A stretch of 64,000 bases of DNA from Myxococcota bacterium (GCA_039028615.1 JBCCHT010000029.1:64001-128000), one strand, 5' to 3'; positions 21,345 through 31,321 are shown, counted from the first letter of the stretch. A program made the numbers and translations. Notes: a model not told the origin generated them from the letters alone.

Positions 21345-23066
21345 ATGACTCGTCGCCCTCCCCCAGGTCTGCGTTGGTCTCTTCTCGGCCTCGGCCTCAG
21401 CCTGGCGTCGCCCGCATGTGGTGACGACACGAGCGACGGCAACGACCCCACCGACGCTACAACGACCACCACCGCGGGCACCGAACCGACCAGCGCCGAG
21501 GGGCCCCCCACCCCAGGCGACTCCAGCACGTCGATCGATCCCGACGATTCGACCACCGGCGCTCCCGTGACCGACACCGGGGCCAGCAGTAGCGAGACCG
21601 GTGCTGGTGACGACGAGCCCCCGCTGCTCGTGATCGAGTCCCCGCGCTCTGGCGCCACCGTGCCGGTTCGGCGTGTGCTCGTCACCGGTACCGTCGCCGA
21701 CGAGCAGTCAGGCCTCGCAGAACTGGCCTACGACGGCCCGGCCGGGCCCGAGGCGATCGACGTACAGGGTGACGGGAGCTTCAGCGCAGCGATCGAGCCG
21801 CCGCCAGGGCCCTCGACCCACCACTTCACGGCCACCGACAACGCCGGCAACACGACCGAGGTCGAGGTCGACGTGTACTTCGGTCACCGCGTCGGCGTCG
21901 GCAACTCTCAGGCCGCGTACCTTCGCGAGGGCACGCTGTTCAGCTGGGGCCGCAACGAACTCGGTCAGCTCGGCAACGGCACCCTGGAAGGATCGGGCTG
22001 GGGCGACGATCCGGAGACCTCCAGCCTCCCGGTACGCTACGAGATCGAGGTCGAAGACCTGGTCAGCATCGTGACCCGCCAGACCTTCATGGTCGGGCTC
22101 CGCGACGACGGCTCGGTGCTGACCTGGGGAAGCGGCGCGGCCGGACAGCTCGGTTACGAGGCGAACCCGGACTGCGGCAACTCGGGCACCAGCCCGTGCA
22201 GCCGCACGCCGACCGTGGTCGCCGGGCTCAGCGATGTCGTGGCGATCGGAGCAGGCTTCGAACACACCCTGGTGCTCGATGCCGACGGTATGGTCTGGAC
22301 CTTCGGCGACAACGAGTACGGACAGCTCGGCGATCCCAGTGCCCCGGCGACGCGTATGACCCCGACGATGGTTCCCGCCCTGGCCGACATCATCCAAGTC
22401 GCTGCCGCCTCGCACGCGTCCTACGCATTGACCGAGGCGGGGGACGTCTACGCCTGGGGGGAGAACGACCGCGGCCAGCTGGGGCTCGGCACGACCGACG
22501 ATGGTGCCAACCCGACGCCCATGCTCGTGGACGGTCTCGACGACGTCGTCCAGCTCGCCGCCGCGAACACCACGACCTATGCCTTGCGTGTTGACGGCAC
22601 GGTATGGGCCTGGGGACGTAACCACGCCGGCCAGGCGGGCATCGGGGATCCGAGTGGTGCGGACGTCCTCGAGCCGACGATGGTGGTCGACGAAGCCGGC
22701 CGTCCCCTGACGGACATCGTCGCCGTGAGCGGCGATGGTTTCGTCGGTCTTGCTCTCGACCGAGACGGCCAGGTGCACGCCTGGGGCTTCGGGTTCCTCG
22801 GGCAGCTCGGCCAGGGGTATACCGACGGAGGTGAGCGCGACCTCGAGGATCGAGTCTTCGCATCCCCGGTCGCGGTATCTGCTCGACAAGCCGAGGCCTT
22901 CGACATCCTGGAAATCGAAGTCGGAGCCGGGGGCCCGGCCCTCGCCCTGAGCGCAGACGGGAACCTGTTCGGATGGGGCTGGAGCTTCCAGGGATCTTTG
23001 GGCCTCGAAGGGGCGATCAACGCATGGGCCTACAGCGCACCGGTCCTCGTCTTCGCCGCCGACTAG
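21345..23066 (+). CDS. RCC1/BLIP-II-type beta-propeller lipoprotein with Ig-like domain
   Basis: SPA-C lipoprotein signal, Thr/Ser/Asp linker, Ig-like segment (FTATDNAGN), then repeated WGRNELGQLG, WGSGAAGQLG, FGDNEYGQLG, WGENDRGQLG, WGRNHAGQAG, WGFGFLGQLG and WGWSFQGSLG. Confidence 0.92.
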   Translation: MTRRPPPGLRWSLLGLGLSLASPACGDDTSDGNDPTDATTTTTAGTEPTSAEGPPTPGDSSTSIDPDDSTTGAPVTDTGASSSETGAGDDEPPLLVIESPRSGATVPVRRVLVTGTVADEQSGLAELAYDGPAGPEAIDVQGDGSFSAAIEPPPGPSTHHFTATDNAGNTTEVEVDVYFGHRVGVGNSQAAYLREGTLFSWGRNELGQLGNGTLEGSGWGDDPETSSLPVRYEIEVEDLVSIVTRQTFMVGLRDDGSVLTWGSGAAGQLGYEANPDCGNSGTSPCSRTPTVVAGLSDVVAIGAGFEHTLVLDADGMVWTFGDNEYGQLGDPSAPATRMTPTMVPALADIIQVAAASHASYALTEAGDVYAWGENDRGQLGLGTTDDGANPTPMLVDGLDDVVQLAAANTTTYALRVDGTVWAWGRNHAGQAGIGDPSGADVLEPTMVVDEAGRPLTDIVAVSGDGFVGLALDRDGQVHAWGFGFLGQLGQGYTDGGERDLEDRVFASPVAVSARQAEAFDILEIEVGAGGPALALSADGNLFGWGWSFQGSLGLEGAINAWAYSAPVLVFAAD

Positions 23067-24550
23067 TGCCCCTCGGAGCCCTGCTGTTCGGCGCAGCGCC
23101 GCTGGCCTGCAGCCCCGCTCCCACCCCGTCGATGCCGCTCGCGAGCACGGGCGGCAGCGAGGATTCGACGTCGACGACCACCCCGGGGCTGACGAGCGAG
23201 CAGACCTCGAGCGGTGAAGGCGACACCACGGGCGTGGGTTCCTCGGGGGGCGAGCCCGAAGACGTACCCCCGGCCGAGCTCGAGCCCGGTGAACTCCGCC
23301 CCGGCGGCGAGACCACGACGGACGAGCTCGGCGTCGGAGCCTTCTTGCAACGCGCGGCCAACCTCTCGCTCGGCAACGGCGGTGCGTTCGAGGCCGGCTT
23401 GCAGTTCTTCCAGTTGGTCTGGGAGGTCGCGCCTTCGACCCCCGAACTCGATGGCCTGGGGCCGACCTTCAACGCGCGTTCGTGCCTCGAGTGTCACATC
23501 CGCAACGGGCGAGGCCCGACCGCCATCGAAGACCCCGCCACCCCGGCCGTGCTCATCCGACTCGCCGACGCCTCCGGGGCGGCGGATCCCGCCCTGGGTG
23601 CTCAACTCCAGCCGTTGAGCATTCCTGGGGTTCCCGGCGAGGGATCCGTGACTTGGGCGGAGCAGGCCTTCGATGAAATCGAGGTCGACGGCGGAGTCAT
23701 CGAACGGGTTCTGCTCATCCCCACGGTGACGCCTCGAGCCCTCGGGGCCCCCTCGCGCGGGACGCTGGCGTCGGCACGCGTGTCGATGCAGCTGGTCGGC
23801 CAAGGCCTGCTGGAGGCCATCGACCCGTCGTCCATCGAAGCGCTGGCGGACCCGGACGACGATGATGGCGATGGCATCTCCGGTCGGACCGCGTCGCTTC
23901 GGGGCGGGGCCCTCGGTCGATTTGGATGGAAGGCGGGTCAACCCACCGTCCGTCACCAGACCGCAGCCGCGTTCCTCGGTGACCTGGGGATTACCAGCGA
24001 ACTCGGCCCCACGAACAATTGCCCGCCCGTCCAGGCCGAGTGTGCAGCGGCGCCGACGGGAGGGGAGCCCGAGCTGACCGAGACCCGGCTCGACGTGACC
24101 GCGGCGTACGTGCGGCTGCTCGGTGTCCCCGCCCGGCGCGACGGCGACGACATCGAGGTGCGGCGAGGCAAGACGCTCTTTCATCAGCTCGGCTGCGCGA
24201 GCTGCCACCATCCCTCCTTCGTGACCGGGATGGCGGCGGAGTCGGAACTCGAGAGTCAGACCATCTGGCCGTACACCGATCTGCTCCTGCACGACATGGG
24301 CTCGGAGCTCGCCCAGGGCGGTCCCGAAGGCGACGCGGCGGCGTCGGAGTGGAGAACCCCGCCGCTGTGGAGCTTGGGCCTGCTGGAGACGGTGGGCGGC
24401 AGTCGCCGGTTGCTTCACGATGGTCGCGCCCGCTCGCTCGAAGAAGCCATCGCGTGGCATGGTGGCGAGGCCGCGGCGTCTCGGGACGCGTACCTCGAGC
24501 TTCCAGCCCTCAACCGGGCCCGGCTGCACGCATTCATCGACTCCCTCTGA
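23066..24550 (+). CDS. Di-heme oxidoreductase (DHOR, 'thiol oxidoreductase') family lipoprotein
   Basis: GTG overlaps the upstream TAG; LAC lipobox; DGLGPTFNARSCLECH, DGDGISGR, GRFGWKA, GCASCH, YTDLLLHDMG, EWRTPPLW and LLHDGRAR motifs. Confidence 0.93.
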   Translation: MPLGALLFGAAPLACSPAPTPSMPLASTGGSEDSTSTTTPGLTSEQTSSGEGDTTGVGSSGGEPEDVPPAELEPGELRPGGETTTDELGVGAFLQRAANLSLGNGGAFEAGLQFFQLVWEVAPSTPELDGLGPTFNARSCLECHIRNGRGPTAIEDPATPAVLIRLADASGAADPALGAQLQPLSIPGVPGEGSVTWAEQAFDEIEVDGGVIERVLLIPTVTPRALGAPSRGTLASARVSMQLVGQGLLEAIDPSSIEALADPDDDDGDGISGRTASLRGGALGRFGWKAGQPTVRHQTAAAFLGDLGITSELGPTNNCPPVQAECAAAPTGGEPELTETRLDVTAAYVRLLGVPARRDGDDIEVRRGKTLFHQLGCASCHHPSFVTGMAAESELESQTIWPYTDLLLHDMGSELAQGGPEGDAAASEWRTPPLWSLGLLETVGGSRRLLHDGRARSLEEAIAWHGGEAAASRDAYLELPALNRARLHAFIDSL

Positions 24551-24556
24551 ACGACG

Positions 24557-24588
24557 ACGGGGCCGCCCCGTAAAGGTGGCGACCCCGT
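24557..24588. terminator. Hairpin between convergent genes
   Basis: Imperfect inverted repeat ACGGGG...CCCCGT between the DHOR stop and the kinase stop. Confidence 0.4.
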
Positions 24589-24616
24589 TCGATGAGGACC
24601 CGGTTCAGTGCCGCGG

Positions 24617-26443
24617 CTAGCGGTTGCGGAACGGATCCTTGAGGTCGGGCGAGCCGCCGCTGCCCGAGCTTCCGCTGTTGCCGGAGCCGGTGTTCTTCGG
24701 CTTGTCCGCGGCCTTGGTGTCGGTGGTCTTGGTGTCCCCGGCCTTGGTGCCGCCCTTGGACCCGTTGCGCCCGCCCTTGCGTCCGCCTCGGCGACCGCCT
24801 TTGCGGCCCCCCTTGGTGGAGGCCTTGGTGAGCGCGGCCACGACCGTCTTGTCTCCGTCGGGCACGGCCGGCACGACCAGGTCTTCGTAGCCTTCGGCGC
24901 GGACGACGAGATCGAGCGAGTCGGTGCCGAGGGGAAGCTCGAACGCTTCGTTCGTTGCACCGAGGACGGTGTCGTCGCGACTGTCGATGACCTGCGCCTC
25001 GACCCCTGGCGTGGAGATGGTGATGGCCGCGACGGTGGGCTCGGGCTCGGTGGGCGGCGGGACCTTGCCGTCGTCGGCCGCGGGCTCGACCGGCGCCTTA
25101 CCAGCATCGTCGGCCGCGGGCTCGGTGGGCGGTGGCTTCGGATCGGCCGGCGCGGCTACGGCGGCAGGCTTGGCCTCGGTTTCGTTGGGCTTGCCGTCGT
25201 CCTGCGTGAAGTAGAACGCCGCAGCGCCGCCGAGCACGAGGGTGAAGGCCGCGATGCCGATGATGCCCCCACGGCTCTTGCTCTCCTCCGGGGGCACCGT
25301 GCCCGGGCCACCGATGGGCACCGCGGGGCTGGAGGTAGAGAAGTGGGTCTGCCCGCCCGAAGGAGCCACGACACGCTCGGCCACCACGCTGACGGCGGCG
25401 GAGTCGGAGGCCACGTCCTCGATGGCCTCGGCGAGGTCACGCATGGACTGGAAGCGATACTCACGGTCCTTTTGCAGGGCCTTGAGGATGATCGCTTCGA
25501 CCTTCTGGGGGATGTCGGCTTCGGGCGCGACCTGACTCGGGGCGGGCGGCGCCTCGAACATGTGCTTGGTCAGGATGCCCATGAAGGTGTCCGCGGTGAA
25601 CGGCACCTGCCCGGTGAGCAGCTCGTAGAGGATGACCCCGACCGCGTAGACGTCGACGCGGAAGTCGACCTTCTCGCCCTTGGCCTGCTCCGGCGACATG
25701 TACTCGGGCGTGCCGAAGATCATGCCCGTGCGGGTGAGCCCGCGACCGCCCTCGCCATCGTCGGTGGTGACCTTGGCGATGCCGAAGTCGAGGACCTTGA
25801 TGAAGTCCTCGTTGCTGCCGCGTTTGATGCGGTAGCAATTCTCGGGCTTCATGTCGCGGTGGATGATCCCCGCCTCGTGGGCGGCGGTCAGAGCCGCGCA
25901 AATCTGCAGCATGATCGGCTTGACGCGGGCCCACGGCAGGGCGCCTTGCGTCTTGATCGTGCGACTGAGGTCCTCGCCGTTGAGGAACTCCATCACGAAG
26001 AAGACCGAGCCGTTCGGGACCGAGCCGAAGTCGGTGATCTCGACGACGTTCTGCTGGTCGATCATCGAGGCGGCGCGCGCCTCTTGGAGGAACCGGTCGA
26101 CGAGGTCTTGCTTGTGCGAGTACTCGGAGCTGAGGACCTTGAGCGCCAGCCGCTTTTTGATGGTCGTGTGCTCGGCCAGATACACACTGCCCATGCCGCC
26201 TTCGCCGAGCTTCTTGAGGACGCGATAACGATCCGAAAGGACCATGCCCTCGAGGCTCAGGGGAGGAATGGACACCGCCCCCGATTGCGTCGGGTCGACG
26301 TGGGCTGGCGCGGCGCTGCCCTGGGCGATGGGGGTCGGAACCGGCGTACCGCCTCCGAGACCCCCCGTATTCGCACCGGGGGTCCCGATCATCGTTGCCC
26401 CCCCGGTGGGAGTGCCGGGGCCTGGTTGTCTTGAATCCGACAT
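24617..26443 (-). CDS. Membrane-anchored Ser/Thr protein kinase with PEGA-like extracytoplasmic domain
   Basis: GEGGMGSVY, ALK, HRDMKPEN, DFG and GTPEYMSPE motifs; TM IIGIAAFTLVLGGAAAFYF; Gly/Lys-rich tail ending LKDPFRNR. Confidence 0.95.
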   Translation of the reverse strand: MSDSRQPGPGTPTGGATMIGTPGANTGGLGGGTPVPTPIAQGSAAPAHVDPTQSGAVSIPPLSLEGMVLSDRYRVLKKLGEGGMGSVYLAEHTTIKKRLALKVLSSEYSHKQDLVDRFLQEARAASMIDQQNVVEITDFGSVPNGSVFFVMEFLNGEDLSRTIKTQGALPWARVKPIMLQICAALTAAHEAGIIHRDMKPENCYRIKRGSNEDFIKVLDFGIAKVTTDDGEGGRGLTRTGMIFGTPEYMSPEQAKGEKVDFRVDVYAVGVILYELLTGQVPFTADTFMGILTKHMFEAPPAPSQVAPEADIPQKVEAIILKALQKDREYRFQSMRDLAEAIEDVASDSAAVSVVAERVVAPSGGQTHFSTSSPAVPIGGPGTVPPEESKSRGGIIGIAAFTLVLGGAAAFYFTQDDGKPNETEAKPAAVAAPADPKPPPTEPAADDAGKAPVEPAADDGKVPPPTEPEPTVAAITISTPGVEAQVIDSRDDTVLGATNEAFELPLGTDSLDLVVRAEGYEDLVVPAVPDGDKTVVAALTKASTKGGRKGGRRGGRKGGRNGSKGGTKAGDTKTTDTKAADKPKNTGSGNSGSSGSGGSPDLKDPFRNR

Positions 26444-26650
26444 GCGGCGCTTTACAGTCGCTAAGCCTACCCCAATTTCGCTGTCGAAGCTGCGATTGAT
26501 GAAGAACTGAGCGACCTGGGGCCATCAACGATCGAGAGCCCACGGCGGTCTCCCTACCCATGCCTCGGTGCCGATTCACACAAGTGAGGAAGTGTAGTCC
26601 TCACACGTTGATCGGTCGGCCACGGGGTATGCTCCGGCCGGTTTTCATCC

Positions 26651-28201
26651 ATGAGCAAGGATCTCCTCGACACGGTGGTCATCGGACGTCGCCTCGGCCT
26701 GTCAGAGGTCGTGCGGATCGCCCGCGGCGAAGCCAAAGTTGCCCTTCATCCCGATGCCCGGGCCCGCGTGGTGGCCACCCGGGCCCAGCTCGAGGCCGAT
26801 ATCGCCTCGGGACGCACAATCTACGGGGTGAACACCGGATTCGGGGCGCTGAGCGATACCCCCGTCCCCGCCGACAAACTCGCCGACCTTCAACGGAACC
26901 TCCTGCGCAGCCATGCAGTGGGCGTGGGAGAGCCGCTCCCGCGAGACGTGACGCGGGCTCTGCTGGCCCTGCGCGCGCATACCCTCGCCCTCGGTAGCAG
27001 CGGGGTCACGCCCGGGTTGCTCGATGCGCTCATCGCCCTGCATGCGGCAGGTGTCGTGCCGGTCGTGCCGCGTCAGGGCAGCGTTGGAGCGAGCGGAGAT
27101 CTAGCCCCGTTGGCTCACTTGGCGCTGCCGCTGATCGGCGAGGGCGAGGCGTGGGTCGGCGACGAGCGAATGAGCGGGGCTCAGGCCCTGGAGACAGTCG
27201 GGCTGAAGCCGGTGGAGCTGGGTCCCAAGGAGGGCCTGGCGCTCATCAACGGGACCCAAGTCACCTCCGTGATCGGGACGCTGGCCGCGGTGGCCGCCGG
27301 AGAGCTGCTCGCGACTGCCGATGCGATCGGAGCGCTGAGCCTCGATGCCGCGCTGGGCACGTTGACGGCGTTCGATCCCCGAGTCCACACCGGCAAGCCC
27401 CACCCCGGCCAGATTCGGACCGCCGAGAACGTCCGCGCGCTGGTCGAAGGTTCCGCGCTCAATGCCTCGCACGCCGAGTGCGGGCAGGTGCAGGACGCCT
27501 ACGCCTATCGCTGCATGCCGCAGGTCCACGGCGCCGTGCGAGGAGCCCTGCGATATGTCGGCGAGGCGCTCGCGATCGAACTCAACAGCTTGACCGACAA
27601 CCCGCTCGTCCTGCCCAACGCCGATGGCGGCTACGACGTGATCTCCGGTGGCAACTTTCATGCCGCCACCGTCGCGGTGCCCATCGATCATCTCACCGCT
27701 GCACTGACGACGTTGGCCACGATCAGCGAGCGTCGGCTGGAGCGCTTCATGAACGCCAACACTTCGCGCGGGCTGCCGCCGTTTTTGGCCGACGATCCCG
27801 GCGTGGAGAGTGGGTTCATGATGGCGCAGGTCACGGCCTCGGCCCTGGCCAGTGAGTGCAAGAGCCTCTCGTTCCCGGCGAGCGTCGACTCGATCCCAAC
27901 GTCGGCGGGCAAAGAAGACCACGTCAGCATGGGACCGATCGCGGCGTTGAAGCTGCGGCGCGTGGTCGGGAACGTGGCGCGATGTCTCGCGATCGAGGCG
28001 GCAGTGGCGACCCGCGCGGTCGACATGCGCGAGGCCGAGACCAGCGAACGGCTCAAGGTCGTGCATGCGGCGGTGCGGAAGCATCTCGGGCCGTGGGAGG
28101 GGGACCGGAGTTTGTCGACGGAGCTCGAAGCGCTGGCCGAGGCGATGGTGCGCGGGGAGATCCGAGCGGCGGCGGCGGTGCCCAGCGAACTCGCCGGATA
28201 G
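26651..28201 (+). CDS. hutH: Histidine ammonia-lyase
   Basis: YGVNTGFG, LLRSH (His-lyase specificity pair), MIO motif GSVGASGDL, KEGLALING, QDAYAYRC, SGGNFH and EDHVSMG. Confidence 0.95.
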   Translation: MSKDLLDTVVIGRRLGLSEVVRIARGEAKVALHPDARARVVATRAQLEADIASGRTIYGVNTGFGALSDTPVPADKLADLQRNLLRSHAVGVGEPLPRDVTRALLALRAHTLALGSSGVTPGLLDALIALHAAGVVPVVPRQGSVGASGDLAPLAHLALPLIGEGEAWVGDERMSGAQALETVGLKPVELGPKEGLALINGTQVTSVIGTLAAVAAGELLATADAIGALSLDAALGTLTAFDPRVHTGKPHPGQIRTAENVRALVEGSALNASHAECGQVQDAYAYRCMPQVHGAVRGALRYVGEALAIELNSLTDNPLVLPNADGGYDVISGGNFHAATVAVPIDHLTAALTTLATISERRLERFMNANTSRGLPPFLADDPGVESGFMMAQVTASALASECKSLSFPASVDSIPTSAGKEDHVSMGPIAALKLRRVVGNVARCLAIEAAVATRAVDMREAETSERLKVVHAAVRKHLGPWEGDRSLSTELEALAEAMVRGEIRAAAAVPSELAG

Positions 28202-28458
28202 TTCGACGGGGATCGAGTCCACCGCGCGGGGGCAACCGGGACACAACAGACCGGTTGCCTCGAACGCCCGTGGTCTGGTTCTGCGTTGCAGGGATACTCG
28301 AGGTCGGAGTGGACTGGTTCTTGTCGTGACACCCGGGTGGCCCATCCACGGGCCGGGGTGACGGCCCACGGACGGGCCACTTGCGGAGCCCGTTGATTCC
28401 AAACGTACGGAATCACGGCCTCGGCGTTGTGGAACGCGTTCCGCATTGTCGGGGCCCC

Positions 28459-29313
28459 ATGCCCTCCGTCCTTCACCAGCTGCTCGTCGAGCTCTTTGGT
28501 GAGTCCCCCCAAGACTTGCTCGCAACCGTGATGCGGGACCTGGGGTTGCCGGAGACTTCGACGCTCACCTTTACCCGCAGCGAGGCCAGCTTCAGCCAGC
28601 AGGTCGAGCTCGAGGCCGACCTCGTCCTGCTCGTTCGCGGTGAGGAAAACGAGCCCCTGTGCCTGCTCATCGTCGAGATTCAGCTGTCTGTCGATCGAGA
28701 CAAGGAGTCCTCGTGGCCGGCATATCAAGCCGAAGGGCATCGACGGTATCGCTGTCCGTCGTTCGTCATCGTGGTTGCACTCGATCCCAAGGTTGCCGGT
28801 TGGGCGACTGGTCCCTTTTGTACCGGGCAGACGACGTTCCACCCGCTGGTGCTCGGGCCGCGAGACGTTCCTCGAGTGACGCAAATCGGCGCTCGCACGA
28901 GCGCCGAAATGGCGCTATTTTCTGGACTCGCTCACGGTGCCGATCCCGAAGTTCGGCGGATTGGGCGAGTGTTGCAACAACTGTTGATCGACCAACAGCC
29001 TCCCCGGGCTGACGTCTACTGGGACGTGTTCTTGCGGGCGATCGACGAAAGGACGAGGAACGAGTTCATGCTGGGTTTCGATTGGTACACGCCCCAAAGC
29101 GAGTGGGGAAAGCGGATCTACGCCCAAGGCCTCACCGAGGGGCGTTTGGAAGGCGAACGGGATGCTCTGCAGCGGATTTTGGAGGCCCGAGGGCTCGAAA
29201 TTGACGAGGAGCATGCTGCGCAGCTCGAGGCATGCGCGTCCGGGGACCAGATTCACGACTGGATCCGCCGGGCGATCACCGCGAGTTCGATCGATCAGGT
29301 GTTCCCGTCCTGA
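28459..29313 (+). CDS. Rpn/YadD-like PD-(D/E)XK-fold protein
   Basis: MPSVLHQLLVELF, EADLVL, IVEIQL, SWPAY; C-terminal QSEWGKRIYAQGLTEGRLEGE...RILEARG...WIRRAITASSIDQVF helical domain typical of this family. Confidence 0.75.
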   Translation: MPSVLHQLLVELFGESPQDLLATVMRDLGLPETSTLTFTRSEASFSQQVELEADLVLLVRGEENEPLCLLIVEIQLSVDRDKESSWPAYQAEGHRRYRCPSFVIVVALDPKVAGWATGPFCTGQTTFHPLVLGPRDVPRVTQIGARTSAEMALFSGLAHGADPEVRRIGRVLQQLLIDQQPPRADVYWDVFLRAIDERTRNEFMLGFDWYTPQSEWGKRIYAQGLTEGRLEGERDALQRILEARGLEIDEEHAAQLEACASGDQIHDWIRRAITASSIDQVFPS

Positions 29314-29614
29314 GGTTGGGCTGGGTCGATTAGTGCCAGTGTCTTGAGTCGAGTCTTGGATGAAGTGGTCCCAAATTGCCCACTTCATCGGCCGGACGGT
29401 TCATGCTTCGATCTGTTGAAAGACTCCGTCCAAATCGAGGACGACAAGTCACTATAATTGGTGAGTAGTCGGCCGTTGCCCAGCTTCGTCGAGCGACGAT
29501 AAATCGGTCCTGGGTGGTCGAAAAATGGCGCCAAGAGACAATTTTTCTGACGGACGACGACCCATTACACCTCGATATGAAACTGTGGAGGAGCACCATC
29601 ATCGAGTTCAACCA

Positions 29615-31321
29615 CTATCGTGACTTCGACTTTCGTTTCGCCCGGCGTGCGGCTCGTTGGGCATCGGCCCGATCGCGTCGGTGCCAGAATTGAACCCGCC
29701 CGAGTCGGATTTCCCTCTCCAACACATAGTGCTCACGCAAAAATGACCTCAGCTCGCTGAACTGCCCCCGTGGGACGGTCGATCCGAGCACGATCCACGC
29801 GGGGCGTACCTCATCGAGGTCCGCCAGGAGGATCTCGGCGGCCTCGCCATCGACGAATCGCAGCCGCGTCGCGTGCCGACGCCAGGTGTCGTCGTTGGGC
29901 GGGGTGAGCAGTCCGAGCGACTTGTAGACCCGCGAAGCCGAGCGCATACCGGTGAACGGGTAGACATCCCACAGGTGCCATCCCCACACCCAAATCCGGT
30001 CTCCGTCACGTTGGTCCCGTGACACGACCTTGGCAATGACTCGCCCTCCTTGATCGTGGGGGCGCGCCCGGTCCTGCCGTTGGTGGTCGAGCACGGCCAT
30101 TTGCCGCAAGACCAGCAGGAACGCGGGCAACAGAACAACCAATCGTCCCGCTCGGCGAACCCGCGAGGCGGCCCCCGCCAGCCCCCATGGCGCAGCGGCC
30201 CACAAGCAAAGCGGAGCCGCGGTGGCGAGGAAGTAACCCTTGTAAAAGCGCAGACCAACCCATGCGGCGGCCAACGTGGCCAGGCTCCACAAGGCCAAGC
30301 CCATCCACTGCCGTCGAGCCGCTCGCGTTTTCGGAGGCACCACGGCGAACATCGCCAGCGCCAAGGGCAGCGCCACAAAGTGCATGGTGGCCAGCAGTCC
30401 CTCCGCGAGCGCCGCCGTTCCCATGGTCTCGCCGCCGTCGCTGACGTAGCGCGCTCCCCATCGACTGAACACATAGCCGTCGAAGAGCGCTCCGAGCTGG
30501 CCCGCGGAGGCGTAGTGCAGACCGATCGGCACATGAGCCAGCAACACGCCGCCGAGCACTGCACTCAGCCGTTGCCACCACGAGCTGTGCGCGTCCGCGG
30601 GCACCAACGCCAGGGCCACGACGACCACGACACCGACCCCCGCGGGGCGCTTGAGCAAGGTGGCCAACCCCGCCAGCACGCCCACCGCGATCCACCACGC
30701 CAGCGCATGTTTGCGGCTCCTCGCTCGATCCGCCAACAGGGCTCCGCCCACCGCCGCGATCAAGGGCAGCTGCGCCCAGGTCACGTAGTTGGCGTCCATG
30801 CTGTCGAGGTATGCGTCGAAGAGGCCGTACAGCGCCGCCGTGACGACCGCCGCGGTGGGGCCCCACAGCCTCCAGCCGATCGCCGCCAGCAGCCCCAACG
30901 AGGCCATGGCCCATGCATTGGCCCAGATCTGAAAGCTCGCGATGTCGGTCCCGTCGCTCCCTGCGAGTACGGATGCCAGGTAGAAGGTGCCCGGTGCTTT
31001 GAGTTCGATGGTGTCGACGTAGGGCAGTCCGCCGCTGCGCAGCACCATGGCCTCGTGCAGCATCCCCGCCACGTCATGAGACGCGAACCCGCCCTGGGTG
31101 AAGCCCGGCCACCGCAGCCACGCCGAGGCCATTGCGATCAGGAGCAATGCGACCGCAGCCCCCCAATCCGCCCGGCGAACGCGCTGGTACCCGCGTCGTT
31201 CGCCGGGGGCTGGGATGGCATTGCGTTCAGGCTTCGGCTCCGCAGCGCGCGAGTCTTCATTTCCGCCCGGGTTCGTTTCCGCAGCGGTGTCCCGCTCCTC
31301 GACCGACGACTCAGCGCTCAC
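29615..31321 (-). CDS. GT-C fold (ArnT/PMT-like) membrane glycosyltransferase
   Basis: Multiple TM helices; SHD...GGLPYVDTIELKAPG luminal motif; GLATLLKRP; FYKGYF. GTG start at 31321 preceded by GGAGG. Confidence 0.8.
   Translation of the reverse strand: MSAESSVEERDTAAETNPGGNEDSRAAEPKPERNAIPAPGERRGYQRVRRADWGAAVALLLIAMASAWLRWPGFTQGGFASHDVAGMLHEAMVLRSGGLPYVDTIELKAPGTFYLASVLAGSDGTDIASFQIWANAWAMASLGLLAAIGWRLWGPTAAVVTAALYGLFDAYLDSMDANYVTWAQLPLIAAVGGALLADRARSRKHALAWWIAVGVLAGLATLLKRPAGVGVVVVVALALVPADAHSSWWQRLSAVLGGVLLAHVPIGLHYASAGQLGALFDGYVFSRWGARYVSDGGETMGTAALAEGLLATMHFVALPLALAMFAVVPPKTRAARRQWMGLALWSLATLAAAWVGLRFYKGYFLATAAPLCLWAAAPWGLAGAASRVRRAGRLVVLLPAFLLVLRQMAVLDHQRQDRARPHDQGGRVIAKVVSRDQRDGDRIWVWGWHLWDVYPFTGMRSASRVYKSLGLLTPPNDDTWRRHATRLRFVDGEAAEILLADLDEVRPAWIVLGSTVPRGQFSELRSFLREHYVLEREIRLGRVQFWHRRDRADAQRAARRAKRKSKSR

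Noticed and set aside
28459..29313. Insertion sequence or transposase call for the Rpn-like gene
   Set aside because: No terminal inverted repeats or target duplication seen and no DDE motif; this family is not a demonstrated transposase.
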